From Harriotta raleighana (Eukaryota), in NCBI GenBank assembly GCA_050575255.1, contig JBNZDD010013730.1, positions 4,053,671 through 4,117,670 on the forward strand: a stretch of DNA of 64,000 nt, given 5' to 3'. The position numbers were made by a program, and so were the translations under genes. Below, piece by piece: positions 14,040 to 26,401 of the stretch. The notes under the pieces were generated by a model. It worked only from the letters and a program-made list of their open reading frames with translations, had not been told where the DNA came from and did no database searches. The first letter of the stretch is position 1; each line of letters opens with the position of its first letter.

Positions 14040-15813
14040 CAGTGACCTGCGGTGGGTAAAATGGCAGGGTAGGCACTTGACGTTCTCATGAAGACCTTGC
14101 CCCCAAAAGCAGTAGCAGATTTCTATTGGGACTCCTCAATTAACCTCTGGGATGTGTTCTTGAAAAATGCGACTTTAATTGAAATGATGTATAGCGAAAC
14201 CTAAATGACCACAGACCCTAATAAAATAGTATAATTAGGAGTTAAGTTCCTTCGGTACATTTCTGGAGCCAACCGACCGACTGACTGACACAACCTTTGC
14301 AGGCACTGCCTCTGGGTAAATGGACTCAACCAACCTTCATAGGTACTCTATATAACCCAAGTCCAAACAACTTCACTCTCTCAGCTCAAAACTATTGTGA
14401 CAGAAATGATGAAACTTCATCTTACAGTGCCGAGTACAGTGGAAAACCTCAATGTCTGTGTTCCTACATTCCGTGCTCAACAACTGTATCATCAACCCGT
14501 TCTGGTGAGCTCCACGTTAGTCTAACAAGATCTCCCTTGTCCTGTCCCCATCAAACCTCAGCCTCTGTTCCTGTCTCGGCCTACAATGAGATCCAGAGAT
14601 TGGCTCATATGTGTTTGGATGTCGGACACTCTGCATGGAGTCCACATAGTGTTGCCAAACCTCTGGAATGTAGAAAGGTGCCAAAGAGAGAGAAAAAGTG
14701 TAATAGCTTTAGTTGCCACCATAAGGTTTCCACTATAACACTTACCTGATGTTCCATGAATCCCGAGGTGCTAGAGCCTCAGGGAAAGAAAGAGAAACAC
14801 CACCGGTTTTAAGCGTACCTTCAGTTGACGGCTGAGGTGAAATCCAGAGGTATGGATGGGGTCCGGGTCAACTTGTGAATAACCAACCAAGGAGATGCCG
14901 GCCAAGCAACAACCGACAGAGAGGAGCCTCCTCGTCAAACCTCGAAAGGATGAAACAAGAGTGAGAGAAATTCATCCGTCCATCAATACAACAAGCCGTA
15001 CGCATCATCTCACTCACCAACGATCGATACCCAAGGTTCCGACTCTCTCTGCCTCCCTTCACCACCAACACAACAGAGAGACACCATTACACGTGATTTA
15101 CAATCCAGTGCAGACTTGAACTGCCTCAACCAAGTCAGCCACCCCAACCGTGATCCCATCTGCCTTGACCGCTACACCCACCCAGTCTGTACAGGAACTG
15201 ACTTGTGGCAGCTACACTGACCCAGCTCCGGCAGAGGCCGACTCTCAGCAGCTACACATTGCCGGTCGCTAGCAAAACCAGCCATGCAAACAGCTCCGAC
15301 CCGGCCCTGGCGGCGACTGACCTGAGCCAGGTCTGACTGACCCTCAGGTACATTTGCGACCCAAATTAACCGCCAGCAGGTCCTCCACCACTAGAGGGTG
15401 ATATCGCGATGGACGCTCAGCTCAGCCAAAACGTCATCGCCCTCTTTTATGGACTCAGCGCAACTCGTAAGTACCCCCTGTATGATTGCAATTGATAGAA
15501 AGAGGAAAGGCAGCGGTAGCTTGTGCCTATTTCGCCTGTTGCTGAGACAATGACAAAGGAACGCGCATGCGATTTGGAACTACATTCAACTCAATGGGTA
15601 AAAAAGGCACGGCGTCTCGCCGCCTTTCTGTTGCTTTTAAGGTAGGCGTATCAAATCGCAGTTAAATAAATTTGCTCGTACTAAAAATCGTTTGCATTAT
15701 GTAAAATGTGCATTGGTAAAATATAAACCATTAAATAATGATCTGCAATTTTGAGTTTTTATTTTCATAAAGTAGGCACTGCCTACCCTGCCTGCCCTGA
15801 CTGCACGTCCATG
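14040..15813. mobile_element. Non-autonomous hAT-like DNA transposon (~1.77 kb)
   Basis: Left end CAGTGACCTGCGGT resembles right-end reverse complement CATGGACGTGCAGT. Exact 13-bp subterminal inverted match GGCAGGGTAGGCA (14063-14075) / TGCCTACCCTGCC (15780-15792). Flanks gactagat (14032-14039) and cacgagat (15814-15821) match 6/8, consistent with a decayed 8-bp TSD. No transposase ORF. Confidence 0.7.
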
Positions 15814-17253
15814 CACGAGATGCGTCACAGTTGGACACCACGGGAGGGAGAATGAGGAAGGCACTTTCCACACAGGCAAGTACCTCCAAATGCCATCATA
15901 AAATATCATCCCACCTTGCACACTCGAGAGGAAAGCCAGCAACGACAGCAACAGGATACCAAGATGCAACCATAAGCTCCTCAAAAGATGGCTGTGAGAT
16001 TTAGGAGATTGACTGGAGGTACAAGGTTTAAAAGAGGGTAAGTACTTTACAATTTGTGTTCATCTCTTCGAAACGCAAGAGTAAATACAAGTTAATTTCA
16101 GGAAAGCAAATATTTAGACTAGAATATTAGAATTAGGTTAATACCGTTGTAAAAATTGTTTGGTTTCCTGGATTTAAATTGATACTCTTTTGAAGACGGA
16201 TATATAAATTGCAGCATTTTTGTCCTCCCCTGTTTAATGCATTGGCTAAAGTGCTGGTAGTATGTTGTTTTGACAGATGAAGGTGCATGTACAGTATTTG
16301 CTCTTTGTTTTGGATGGTCTTATTCCTTAAGCTCAAACAAGCAGAGTCTGGTGCAGTCCAGCAATAATAATAAAGATCATAGGATGGAGAGAATTTTCTT
16401 CATGAAGTTCATCCTGATAATGTTAATCTCTGCATTTGATACACTCTCCCATTGAGTAGAAGTTAGGCTCTAAGGCCTAATACTGATAGTGTATAGTCTG
16501 CCTTGTGTCTCCTGTTTCCTGAACCTCAGCTGGAGATGATAGGATTATTCCTTAAACTCCTGTTGATGTGAAGGACCAAGTAGATGAGGCTTGTCATCAA
16601 TTGTTCTCTCCTATTGGAAAGAGGGTTGTAAGTTGTAGTGATCTGGTAAGGGAAATTTTGAGGTGTAAATTGTGGCTTCTAGAACTGAGCCACATTATAA
16701 AATGCTAGATAGAGGTGGATGGGGAAGGGAGCCATGTGGAAAATGCTCTATTTTATTTTGTTTAATCCCAGTAACTGTCAATGTTCAAGAAATTGTCATT
16801 TATTTTCAGTCGGTGGAGTTTAAGTCTGATTTGTGTGTGGTGGGAGGGTGGTGAGGAGTGTAAGTGGGAAATTCTGGATTATCTCCCCCACCCTCTCCTT
16901 GCAAATCAGCATTGCATTGACGTTCAGTGATAGGAATAGTCATTTATTGACTGGTATAGATTCCATACAGGAAAATAACAATCATTTTCATTTATATAAC
17001 ATCTTTCACATAAGATACCCTTGCAAAGTACTTTGCAAAGACAGGTTGGAAACCTGGAAGATAGTAATTACCAGCAGAGAAGAGGGTCCAATGCAGGAGA
17101 TTTTGGTCGAGATGAAACAGATTTCTACGCTAGTGTGTCCTCCACAGATTATAGAATAATTAAGATTTATTTTTAACAGTGATAGGACCATTGAAAAATT
17201 CAAATATCCAGTAGTGTTTTATCTTAGTCTCTTTAAGACTAAAAGATAATTAT

Positions 17254-17425
17254 TTGGTCACTCCATCCACGACTGTTTGTGGGACACTGCTGTGCTCGAT
17301 TGGCTGCCATGTTTTGTCTGCCAAAGAGACTGTCAGTTCACTTAACAGTATATTCTGTGAAGCACTCTGAGACATCTCAAAGATGTGATTGGGCGCTATA
17401 TCAAATGCAAGGATTCTTCTTATTA
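17254..17425 (+). mobile_element. 5'-truncated SINE
   Basis: atccacgactgtttgtgggacactgctgtgctcgattggctgcc...gcgctatatcaaatgcaaggatt. Confidence 0.8.
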
Positions 17426-18929
17426 ATATTATTGATTTGCACCACCCACACACAAACATTTTTACCCAATCCTTAATTTCATTCGAGATATATTTTCGAG
17501 GAGTCCAACCTGAAACCTGAACAGAGAGCTAAGCACTGAGTTCTTTGTGGCCTCATTAAAAATAACAAATGGGCTAAATTTGAGATTGTAACAAAAGAAG
17601 AGTCAGATGAATGGATTTACAACCGACTGGAAGAAAACTCCAGTCGACAAATAATGAAGTGCTTGATAAACTGCACAGGAATGATGTCACCGGGAGCATT
17701 ACGCCAGCATTCAAAGAGTTAACCAGCTCAAACCAATTAGGTGCAATTAGTCAAGTAAAATTACAGAAGGGCAGAGCAACCTTTTGTTTAAATCATGGAA
17801 AATTTGCCCTTAATGAAAAGATAATGAGCAGAACACACATACTTTTTTAGCAGTCTCTCTCTCTCTCTCGTGCTCTCTGCAGCTCTTGGGGTCTTAATGT
17901 TGAGGATTCAGAACACACTGTGTTTGATGTCTGTAGATGGCAGAGAAAATGGTTCCGTTTTAATTTCACATATTTCCTGATTGGCTCAAAAGATCATTAT
18001 TATTGTAAAAGTTGCATGTTTGGGGTTGATTTTGTTTTAAATCCAGTCTTTGCTGGACCTTACTGCACCCTTCTCGCCTGCTCAGAGTCCCGATCCCGAC
18101 CCCCGACTGCGCTTTGGGATGTCCTCCCGACATGAAAGGCGCTGAAATAAGTGTCATTTTGTTAGTGCTCTTGTTGTTTTCTAGTCAGTTGGAGGATGTC
18201 TTATCTGGTCTGCAACATTGAAACTTATGCCAGTAAAAAAAAATGCAATTTTAGTTATTTGTTTCTAATAATAGCGCTCCCTCAGTGGGACATTTTCCCT
18301 CTTCTTGTCTAACTGAGGTAAATGGTTATTATTGTAGAACTCTCGCCAGCTTTTATCTGACTCTGGCTGGGTGTGAGTTCAATTTAAAGCTTGTGCTTTT
18401 CATCCAGACTTAACTCCCAAATATGCTTAAGGCTGAGAGTGGAGAACAAATGTTTGGAAACGAGTGCTTTTAGACTAGGATAATCCCATGTAATCTTAAA
18501 CTAAATAAACTTTCCTTTTTAATATCCTCTAAAACTATTAATGTAAACATTGACTGAATAATCCCAGCCCTCAAACTGTTGCACAACTGGACAGTGAATC
18601 AGCTGCAAATCGAGGCAAGTTTTGCTTCATCGGGTGACGTCATTGTTTTCCCCTGGTTATCACATGTTTTAGCAGAATCTTGCCCTGTTTCATGAAATGT
18701 TACGTGCAATGAGTTCCAGATGTTTGGTTCTGTCATCCCATTAAAGAATCCAATTAAAGGAACAAAGAAATCTGACAGCAGCAAAAAAAATTAAAGCGCA
18801 AACAAAGTGGGTGCCCTCCCACAGGATAGTGATTCACACTGGGAAACATTCAGGCATTCCTCTAGATGACTTAGTCGGACCTAATAGTGAAAGTAAAGTT
18901 TAAAACCTACAGTATCCTGTTTTTCAGTG

Positions 18930-19000
18930 GCTTGATCAGCCAATGCAGAAACACTTGGGCAAGTTTTGATTGGTCAGACACAATTAAACTTCCTGTCAAA
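18930..19000 (+). promoter_or_regulatory. Candidate promoter of the RING-CH gene (two CCAAT boxes and an ETS site)
   Basis: CCAAT at 18940-18944, inverted ATTGG at 18969-18973, ACTTCCTG at 18988-18995, all ~300-360 bp upstream of the proposed ATG. Motif evidence only. Confidence 0.4.
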
Positions 19001-19297
19001 ACAAAAACAACTTGATCGTCCATTTCCCCTTATTTTCCCCTCAACCATTTCGGCCTCAGTTGTTCGGGTTTGGCTGAAACATTGTATGTGACAGTCGTCA
19101 AATCCTGAATGCACTGGAAGCTGCTGTAAACTTGGTTTGAAAGGACTGAGCTGCTTTGCTGGAGGTGTGCCCAGTGCACTGTTTCTAGGCTGGGATCTGC
19201 TTCGAGGCAGTTTACAGCAGAAAAACTAAGCATTCTTCTTCTGCCGCATCCTGTCAAACACTTCAAGACTTGGAAGAAAAGTGACAGGGGTTAAAGA

Positions 19298-19364
19298 ATG
19301 GAGAAGGGAAACGCGACACTGAAGTCCACTGGTAGCAGCACTGAGCTGCCAGTTTACATTGCAG
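19298..19364 (+). CDS. Putative first coding exon of RING-CH (MARCH-like) gene: MEKGNATLKSTGSSTELPVYIA+G
   Basis: ATG at 19298, 22 open codons plus 1 nt, then donor GCAG|gtaacc at 19365. Phase 1 matches the acceptor at 29824 (G+AT = Asp). Promoter-like motifs lie ~300-360 bp upstream. Confidence 0.7.
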
Positions 19365-19885
19365 GTAACCCGAGGAGTTAGTTATTCATTGCAGTAGAGT
19401 TTATCATATAGACTGCAGTTTTTAGAATATTGGATACGTTTGAACTTTCAGCTATAGTTTAACCTGTGTCCTCCCGACGTGAAAGGTGCTGTAGAAATGT
19501 AATTTTGTTTTTGTCGCGTGAGAATGCTTCACAGAAAATGGATAAGCAGTAACGTTTCTTAATGTGCTAAGATGTTTGCCTTTTGTTTCCCTTCCTGAAG
19601 GCAACAACTATTAATATGGATTCGTTTTTTGCAAGAACGATCAGCTGGCTGGTACCTTGCTTCATGGGCCATTACTCAGGTCAGNTAAGCAGTAACGTTT
19701 CTTAATGTGCTAAGATGTTTGCCTTTTGTTTCCCTCCCTGAAGGCAACAACTATTAATATGGATTCGTTTTTTGCAAGAACGATCAGCTGGCTGGTACCT
19801 TGCTTTATGGGCCATTACTCAGGTCAANGTTTTTTGCAAGAACGATCAGCTGGCTGGTACCTTGCTTCATGGGCCATTACTCAGG

Positions 19886-20135
19886 TCAGGGCGAAACCCT
19901 GGGAAAGTTTCCTTACTCCTTTATAATAATATCCCCCCCCAAAAAAAAGTGATCAATTGATCATTTCAATCCACGATTGTTTGTGGGACGCTGCTGAGTG
20001 CAAATGGCTGCCGCGTTTCACTCACAAATATACAGTCAGTTCACTTTACAGTATATTCCGTGAAGCACGTTGACATGTCTAGAAGATTTGAAAAGCGCCA
20101 TATCGAATACAAGGATTATTATTATCATTATTATT
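19886..20135 (+). mobile_element. 5'-truncated SINE in intron 1
   Basis: gggcgaaaccctgggaaagtttccttactcc, then core, then tail with (TTA)n. Confidence 0.8.
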
Positions 20136-23069
20136 CATCTTTAGACCCAGAGAGTGAGTGTCAGTCACCTATTCAGACTGTAGAATTATTTCCAGTCAAA
20201 CTAGATGCTGTCTTCACCAATCTTTACAAGGCACACACTTTCTCACTGATACGTTTTGGAAGCAGGAACCATGGTTGTTTAGTTTTTTTTCTTCTTTTCT
20301 CGCTTGGAAGACTTGAAATCCATTGCAACTCCCTATCTACTGTCCTCGCAGATATTGACTCATTTAGAAGGATTCTAAATGGCAATCTTCTCATCTCATC
20401 TCATTGCTGATAAATCAAATGGTAGTTTTACCCAGTAGACTGGGAAGGCGAGTTGTACACAACTATTAAAAGGTACTATCCTTGTAAAGATTGCTTGGCA
20501 AATTGCATGAATTATTGTACTGTACACAGAAATGCACCCTTAGACCAATTACATGTAATATTATCGTTTTGCTGCCCGAGTGAGCAAACTAGAAATGTTC
20601 TCTTGAATGATACGCCTTATTTCTGACTTGGAAACGGGAATTCATATTTGTAAAAGTCTAGAAAGCTGGTGTTTTTGGTGAGAATTGACATCAGCACTTT
20701 ACTCTACATATTGGGCGCAGTTAATGTGTTGGCTGCACACTCTGCTGCTGGTCATGTCATCAAGACGTCCTCAATCAAACATCTCGGCTGTGTCAGCCTT
20801 CTCCACAACCAAGCTCGTGCCAACTCTCCAAGCCAGCTATGGGACGACAGATGTCATTTCAACCGGCTGATCCAGTATGCTCTTCTCCGCTGGCTGCAAA
20901 CACACTGCCTGAACTATACACACATCTCACTCTTATGGTTACGTTTCTGGCACTCAAATCTAGCAACCCATCTGATGCATTTTCACAGGTCGTTTCATCT
21001 ATGGCAACCAATTTGAGATTAGTGCTGCTAATGTGAGATGACCTCTTTTCTAGCTATTTTAAAGTGAGACGAGCAGGGCAGGGGTAAAGGGAATGATAGA
21101 CAAGTGTAAGGATGTTGAAGTCGCTCCTTTCTGCGATAGGGAGACGGTGGAGTCCGGTGTGATGGAGATGTGGAGTTTAGAGCGAGTGACTGTACAGGCA
21201 GTGGAGTTCTGAATTAGGTTGGATTTTGTCGGTAGTGGAGCTGGGTAGATGGGTGAGGTAAACAGCACTGGAATAATCAAGGCGGGAAGTGATGAAAACA
21301 TAGGTCTCGGCTAGAATGGTGTGAGATAGTTAGTGTTGACAGGCTGTGCGGCCTTTCAAGACCATGACAGTCAAACCTGATCCTATTCTAAACCAACCAC
21401 AACAACTTGCATTTGTATAGTAACCAATTCCTTACCCTAAACCTAATCCACCCAGGTTTCAGCAGAGAAAACTGAAAAGGAGTTGGGAGTAGGAATCCTC
21501 GAGTTAACGTCGGAATTCCTCACCGATAAATTGATTATTGTGGGATTGACCTGCCAAAAACTTTCTCAGGGTTTTAAAGCCGTCTCCTTCCCACGTTCAG
21601 TAACTCGCCATGGACTGGGGGCTGCACTACAGTTTTAGGTAGTCTTTAAGGAGAAGCATCTCAAGGATGGAGGGGTAAAGCAAATAGACAGGAGGGTGGA
21701 GGCTGTCAGGCAGAAGGGACTACATGTGCTCTGGAGTCATTTTGATTTGCAGAATTGCTTTGCACATTGTCATCCACACAATTTATTATTAATGAAATCG
21801 CGCATCTTTGTGCCATAAATCTAAATAGTATGAAAAACACATTTTGCATTGTTATATCCATCATCGTCCACTACTTAATCTGTTCCATTCTACAGTGCAT
21901 GAGATGAGAAATGAAGTAATTATTCTGCTGTACATTCACGTGTCCTGTGGCTTCTTTTGGAATGTTATCTGCTTTACAGTGAGAGTCCTTTCTGTGTATG
22001 TGGCTCCTAATTCTCATACTGTATTTTGATGCTTTTTTCACACATCGTCTCTGCCTCTCTCAGTAAAAATGCTCAGTCCAGCCACATTTAACAAACTTAT
22101 GAAACCTCTTCTTTCTCTATCGTGCATCCATATTTACAATCTGTATTCCCCAGGGCTCGACAGCTTCTGTTTTGATCCACTTACATACTGTTCCTCTCTG
22201 GTTTCACTTTCTGTATTCTGTTGTTGAGCTGTCCTGCTATTTTCTGTCGTTTTTAACAAAATTGCTTCATATCCAGCACAACGTAGTGATATTAAAAATG
22301 ATTAATACGTTTTGTAATTAGAAAAAAGCATTAGGTGAATTTCATAAACCTCACAAAGCTTTGTGTAATGTGTTTTTCATTTCTACTTTGGAAGCGAACC
22401 ACAGTTCACTTGTGAAAATAAGAACTATATTAAAACGAGCCGCTGTCCTTTGTGAGTTGTATGATGAAGAAACAATAAATCATTGCCACACAAACAGCAC
22501 TATAATGTATCCTACCTAAATATTACATAACGCAAGCTAGAAATTGACTGAATATATTCTCTTAAATGTCAGTTTTTTCAAACATTGTCAGAAGTCTTCC
22601 GGTCTGAAGGGTAAGGAACAGAAATGTTTGAGAGAAATAAGTTGGAATGACATTTAGAAAGAAAAGTATTTCCAGAATGATACCAAGCATTCCATATCTG
22701 AACAAGCCATATGTTTTATCTAAATTATATATTCATTTCTTCAGCTCAAGGTGTTTGACACTGGTCATCTTGATTGAGATCAAATAACAGCACAGATGGA
22801 GTATTTGTCGGTCTTTCTGGTCTATAGGGTGATGTTGCTTGCTGTATATATGTGTTGTCATCAGTGGAACACTTGAATTAGATTATATTTTTACTTTTCC
22901 CTATTTTGGTTGCTTTCCTCCCCCAACGTCATCGATGCTAATCTCTGAAAAAATAACTTGTGCAGTGTCACTCGGCCACCGAATCGGATGGCTATTATAT
23001 TGTTTGCTTCGTTTGAGCTTCCACCACGAAATAATCAGACGCTGGGCATATCTCTGTTAAATAATTAAC

Positions 23070-26000
23070 TTCTACTAGGAGTTTTTCGTGTGCACAATTA
23101 CAGTGTTTAAATAGAAGGCTTGATAACTTTGGAATTCGTTTATTACTGTGGAAGACATGTCGGAAGTAACGATGCATCTTCCCCTGTGATGACCAGCGTG
23201 CAGCTGTTGTTTCGATGACATCGCGCTCTTAAAAATTCATCACTGGCTCTCTGCCTTACACTATTTTAGCCTGAGGACTTACGTATATTCAAACAAGGGT
23301 TTGTAGCAGTTCTACACAACACAGACCTCACACGTTGTTGTTGCACTGAAGTTGACAGATCTGCTTTTTTCAGCCATTTTAAAGATGTACTACATATGAC
23401 ATAATGTTACAGGGTTAAGGCAGTCATGTAACATAAGTAATTACCGGAGATTTCAGCTGCGGCTTGCTATATGTTAAAGGAATTTCCAGCTGAGGAACAT
23501 GAGTAATGTAGAATGGAATCCTTGAGTATGTTTTCAGCCGTTGTTCAACCAAATGTCATTTTTGTTTAAATCTCTCCCCGAACAGATAAATATAAAAATA
23601 TGGCATTTTAGGGGGATAGAAATTCTTCATTCTGTTCTCTTTTGTAGCACAGTCTTATATTTACAGTTACTGTAAATTCACCTAAAAGAACATGCAGTAA
23701 AGATACACTTTACAGTAAATCCCGTGAAGCACTTTGAAACGTCCTTCCCACATGAAAGCCACCATATCAAATGCAAGGATTACCATAACTGTAAATGTGG
23801 AAGTAGTTCATTTGGAAGTGGAATCAAACCAAAGAGTTAGTGCGATTCCTCGGAATTCATAAACTTCTGGCTTATAGGCAAGTGTGCTACCAGCTGCGTC
23901 AGGCTGGAATCTGTATAATAATGAAATAATAATAATAATTCTTGCATTTGATATAGCGCCTTAACACATCTTTGAGACATCTCTACGCAATTCACAGAAT
24001 GTACTGTAAAGTGAACTGACTGTATATTTTGTAGGCAAAATGCAGCAGCCAATTGCGCACTGCAGTGTCCCAAAAAGTGTCGGAGATTGAGTGACCAAAC
24101 TCTTACTATTATTATTTTTTTTGAAGGACTCATTACTCTCGGAAAAGCGATCCACCAATTGACTAACAAGTGGGTTCCTATTTACTGCCAGGTAAATAGA
24201 GCCATGTGGGGTAAAGAAACTAGCCCATCGTTCGCCCCGCCGAGAGTCGAACCTAGGTCTCTCAATTGTGAGGCAAGTGCTCTAACCACTGGCTGAGGGA
24301 CTATAGCTACAGCTACAGGAATCTGCTATAAATACATAAAGGCTCCTGCATGGTGTCTGCTTTTCTAGGATTCTTGTACCCATCCACAGTCATGGTTAGC
24401 CTCATGGTCTCAGGGCTATTTGGTGTGACTGAGGTGTGCTGGGAACATAGACAGAGAAATTACAGCATAGGAGGAAGCCATTCGCTACATTGAGCCTATG
24501 CTGGTGCAAGTTCGTCAACTGGAGGTAACCACTCTCATCCCAATTTTCTGCTCATTCTCCATACCCTCTTATACCCTTGCTCTTCAAATGTTTGTCCAAA
24601 TTTCCACACAAATTGTTGCTATGGCTGCAGCCTCAATAGATACTTGTGGCAAAGCATTCCATTTTTAATGACCCTGTTCATGAAAGCAAATTAATTCCTT
24701 TGTACCATATGAGGATACGTGATTAGGAAGCTTGGNTTCTACTAGGAGTTTTTCGTGTGCACAATTACAGTGTTTAAATAGAAGGCTTGATAACTTTGGA
24801 ATTCGTTTATTACTGTGGAAGACATGTCGGAAGTAACGATGCATCTTCCCCTGTGATGACCAGCGTGTAGCTGTTGTTTCGATGACATCACGCTCTTAAA
24901 AATTCATCACTGGCTCTCTGCCTTACACTATTTTAGCCTGAGGACTTACGTATATTCAAACAAGGGTTTGTAGCAGTTCTACACAACACAGACCTCACAC
25001 GTTGTTGTTGCACTGAAGTTGACAGATCTGCTTTTTTCAGCCATTTTAAAGATGTACTACATATGACATAATGTTACAGGGTTAAGGCAGTCATGTAACA
25101 TAAGTAATTACCGGAGATTTCAGCTGCGGCTTGCTATATGTTAAAGGAATTTCCAGCTGAGGAACATGAGTAATGTAGAATGGAATCCTTGAGTATGTTT
25201 TCAGCCGTTGTTCAACCAAATGTCATTTTTGTTTAAATCTCTCCCCGTACAGATAAATATAAAAATATGGCATTTTAGGGGGATAGAAATTCTTCATTCT
25301 GTTCTCTTTTGTAGCACAGTCTTATATTTACAGTTACTGTAAATTCACCTAAAAGAACATGCAGTAAAGATACACTTTACAGTAAATCCCGTGAAGCACT
25401 TTGAAACGTCCTTCCCACATGAAAGCCACCATATCAAATGCAAGGATTACCATAACTGTAAATGTGGAAGTAGTTCATTTGGAAGTGGAATCAAACCAAA
25501 GAGTTAGTGCGATTCCTCGGAATTCATAAACTTCTGGCTTATAGGCAAGTGTGCTACCAGCTGCGTCAGGCTGGAATCTGTATAATAATGAAATAATAAT
25601 AATAATTCTTGCATTTGATATAGCGCCTTAACACATCTTTGAGACATCTCTACGCAATTCACAGAATGTACTGTAAAGTGAACTGACTGTATATTTTGTA
25701 GGCAAAATGCAGCAGCCAATTGCGCACTGCAGTGTCCCAAAAAGTGTCGGAGATTGAGTGACCAAACTCTTACTATTATTATTTTTTTTGAAGGACTCAT
25801 TACTCTCGGAAAAGCGATCCACCAATTGACTAACAAGTGGGTTCCTATTTACTGCCAGGTAAATAGAGCCATGTGGGGTAAAGAAACTAGCCCATCGTTC
25901 GCCCCGCCGAGAGTCGAACCTAGGTCTCTCAATTGTGAGGCAAGTGCTCTAACCACTGGCTGAGGGACTATAGCTACAGCTACAGGAATCTGCTATAAAT

Positions 26001-26401
26001 ACATAAAGGCTCCTGCATGGTGTCTGCTTTTCTAGGATTCTTGTACCCATCCACAGTCATGGTTAGCCTCATGGTCTCAGGGCTATTTGGTGTGACTGAG
26101 GTGTGCTGGGAACATAGACAGAGAAATTACAGCATAGGAGGAAGCCATTCGCTACATTGAGCCTATGCTGGTGCAAGTTCGTCAACTGGAGGTAACCACT
26201 CTCATCCCAATTTTCTGCTCATTCTCCATACCCTCTTATACCCTTGCTCTTCAAATGTTTGTCCAATTTCCACACAAATTGTTGCTATGGCTGCAGCCTC
26301 AATAGATACTTGTGGCAAAGCATTCCATTTTTAATGACCCTGTTCATGAAAGCAAATTAATTCCTTTGTACCATATGAGGATACGTGATTAGGAAGCTTG
26401 G
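23070..26401. repeat. 1.67-kb near-identical tandem duplication split by one N (23070-24735 / 24737-26401), probable assembly artefact
   Basis: Offset 1667 bp, N at 24736. I saw only four differences: gtgcag/gtgtag, atcgcg/atcacg, ccgaac/ccgtac and a 1-bp indel. Confidence 0.9.
23925..24302 (-). mobile_element. Full-length tRNA-derived SINE, long variant (repeated at 25592-25969 inside the duplicated block)
   Basis: Reverse complement: ccagtggttagagcacttgcctcacaattgagagacctaggttcgactc head, an extra internal segment, core, tail, (TTA)n. Confidence 0.88.

Noticed and set aside
14297-14749. 150-aa ORF as a transposase or viral protein
   Set aside because: Non-ATG start and no DDE, BED-finger, gag or env motifs that I can recognise.
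15697-15984. Minus-strand ORF with signal-peptide-like N-terminus (MRSLWLHLGILLLSLLAFLSSVQG)
   Set aside because: Starts at TTG rather than ATG, runs into the transposon end, and shows no recognisable domain or splice support.
19543-19887. Triple tandem repeat or CRISPR-like array
   Set aside because: Units are separated by single Ns (19685, 19828) with no unique spacers; overlap artefact in a eukaryotic genome.
23837-25963. Identical ORF trios suggesting duplicated genes
   Set aside because: SINE-derived frames inside the N-flanked artefactual duplication.
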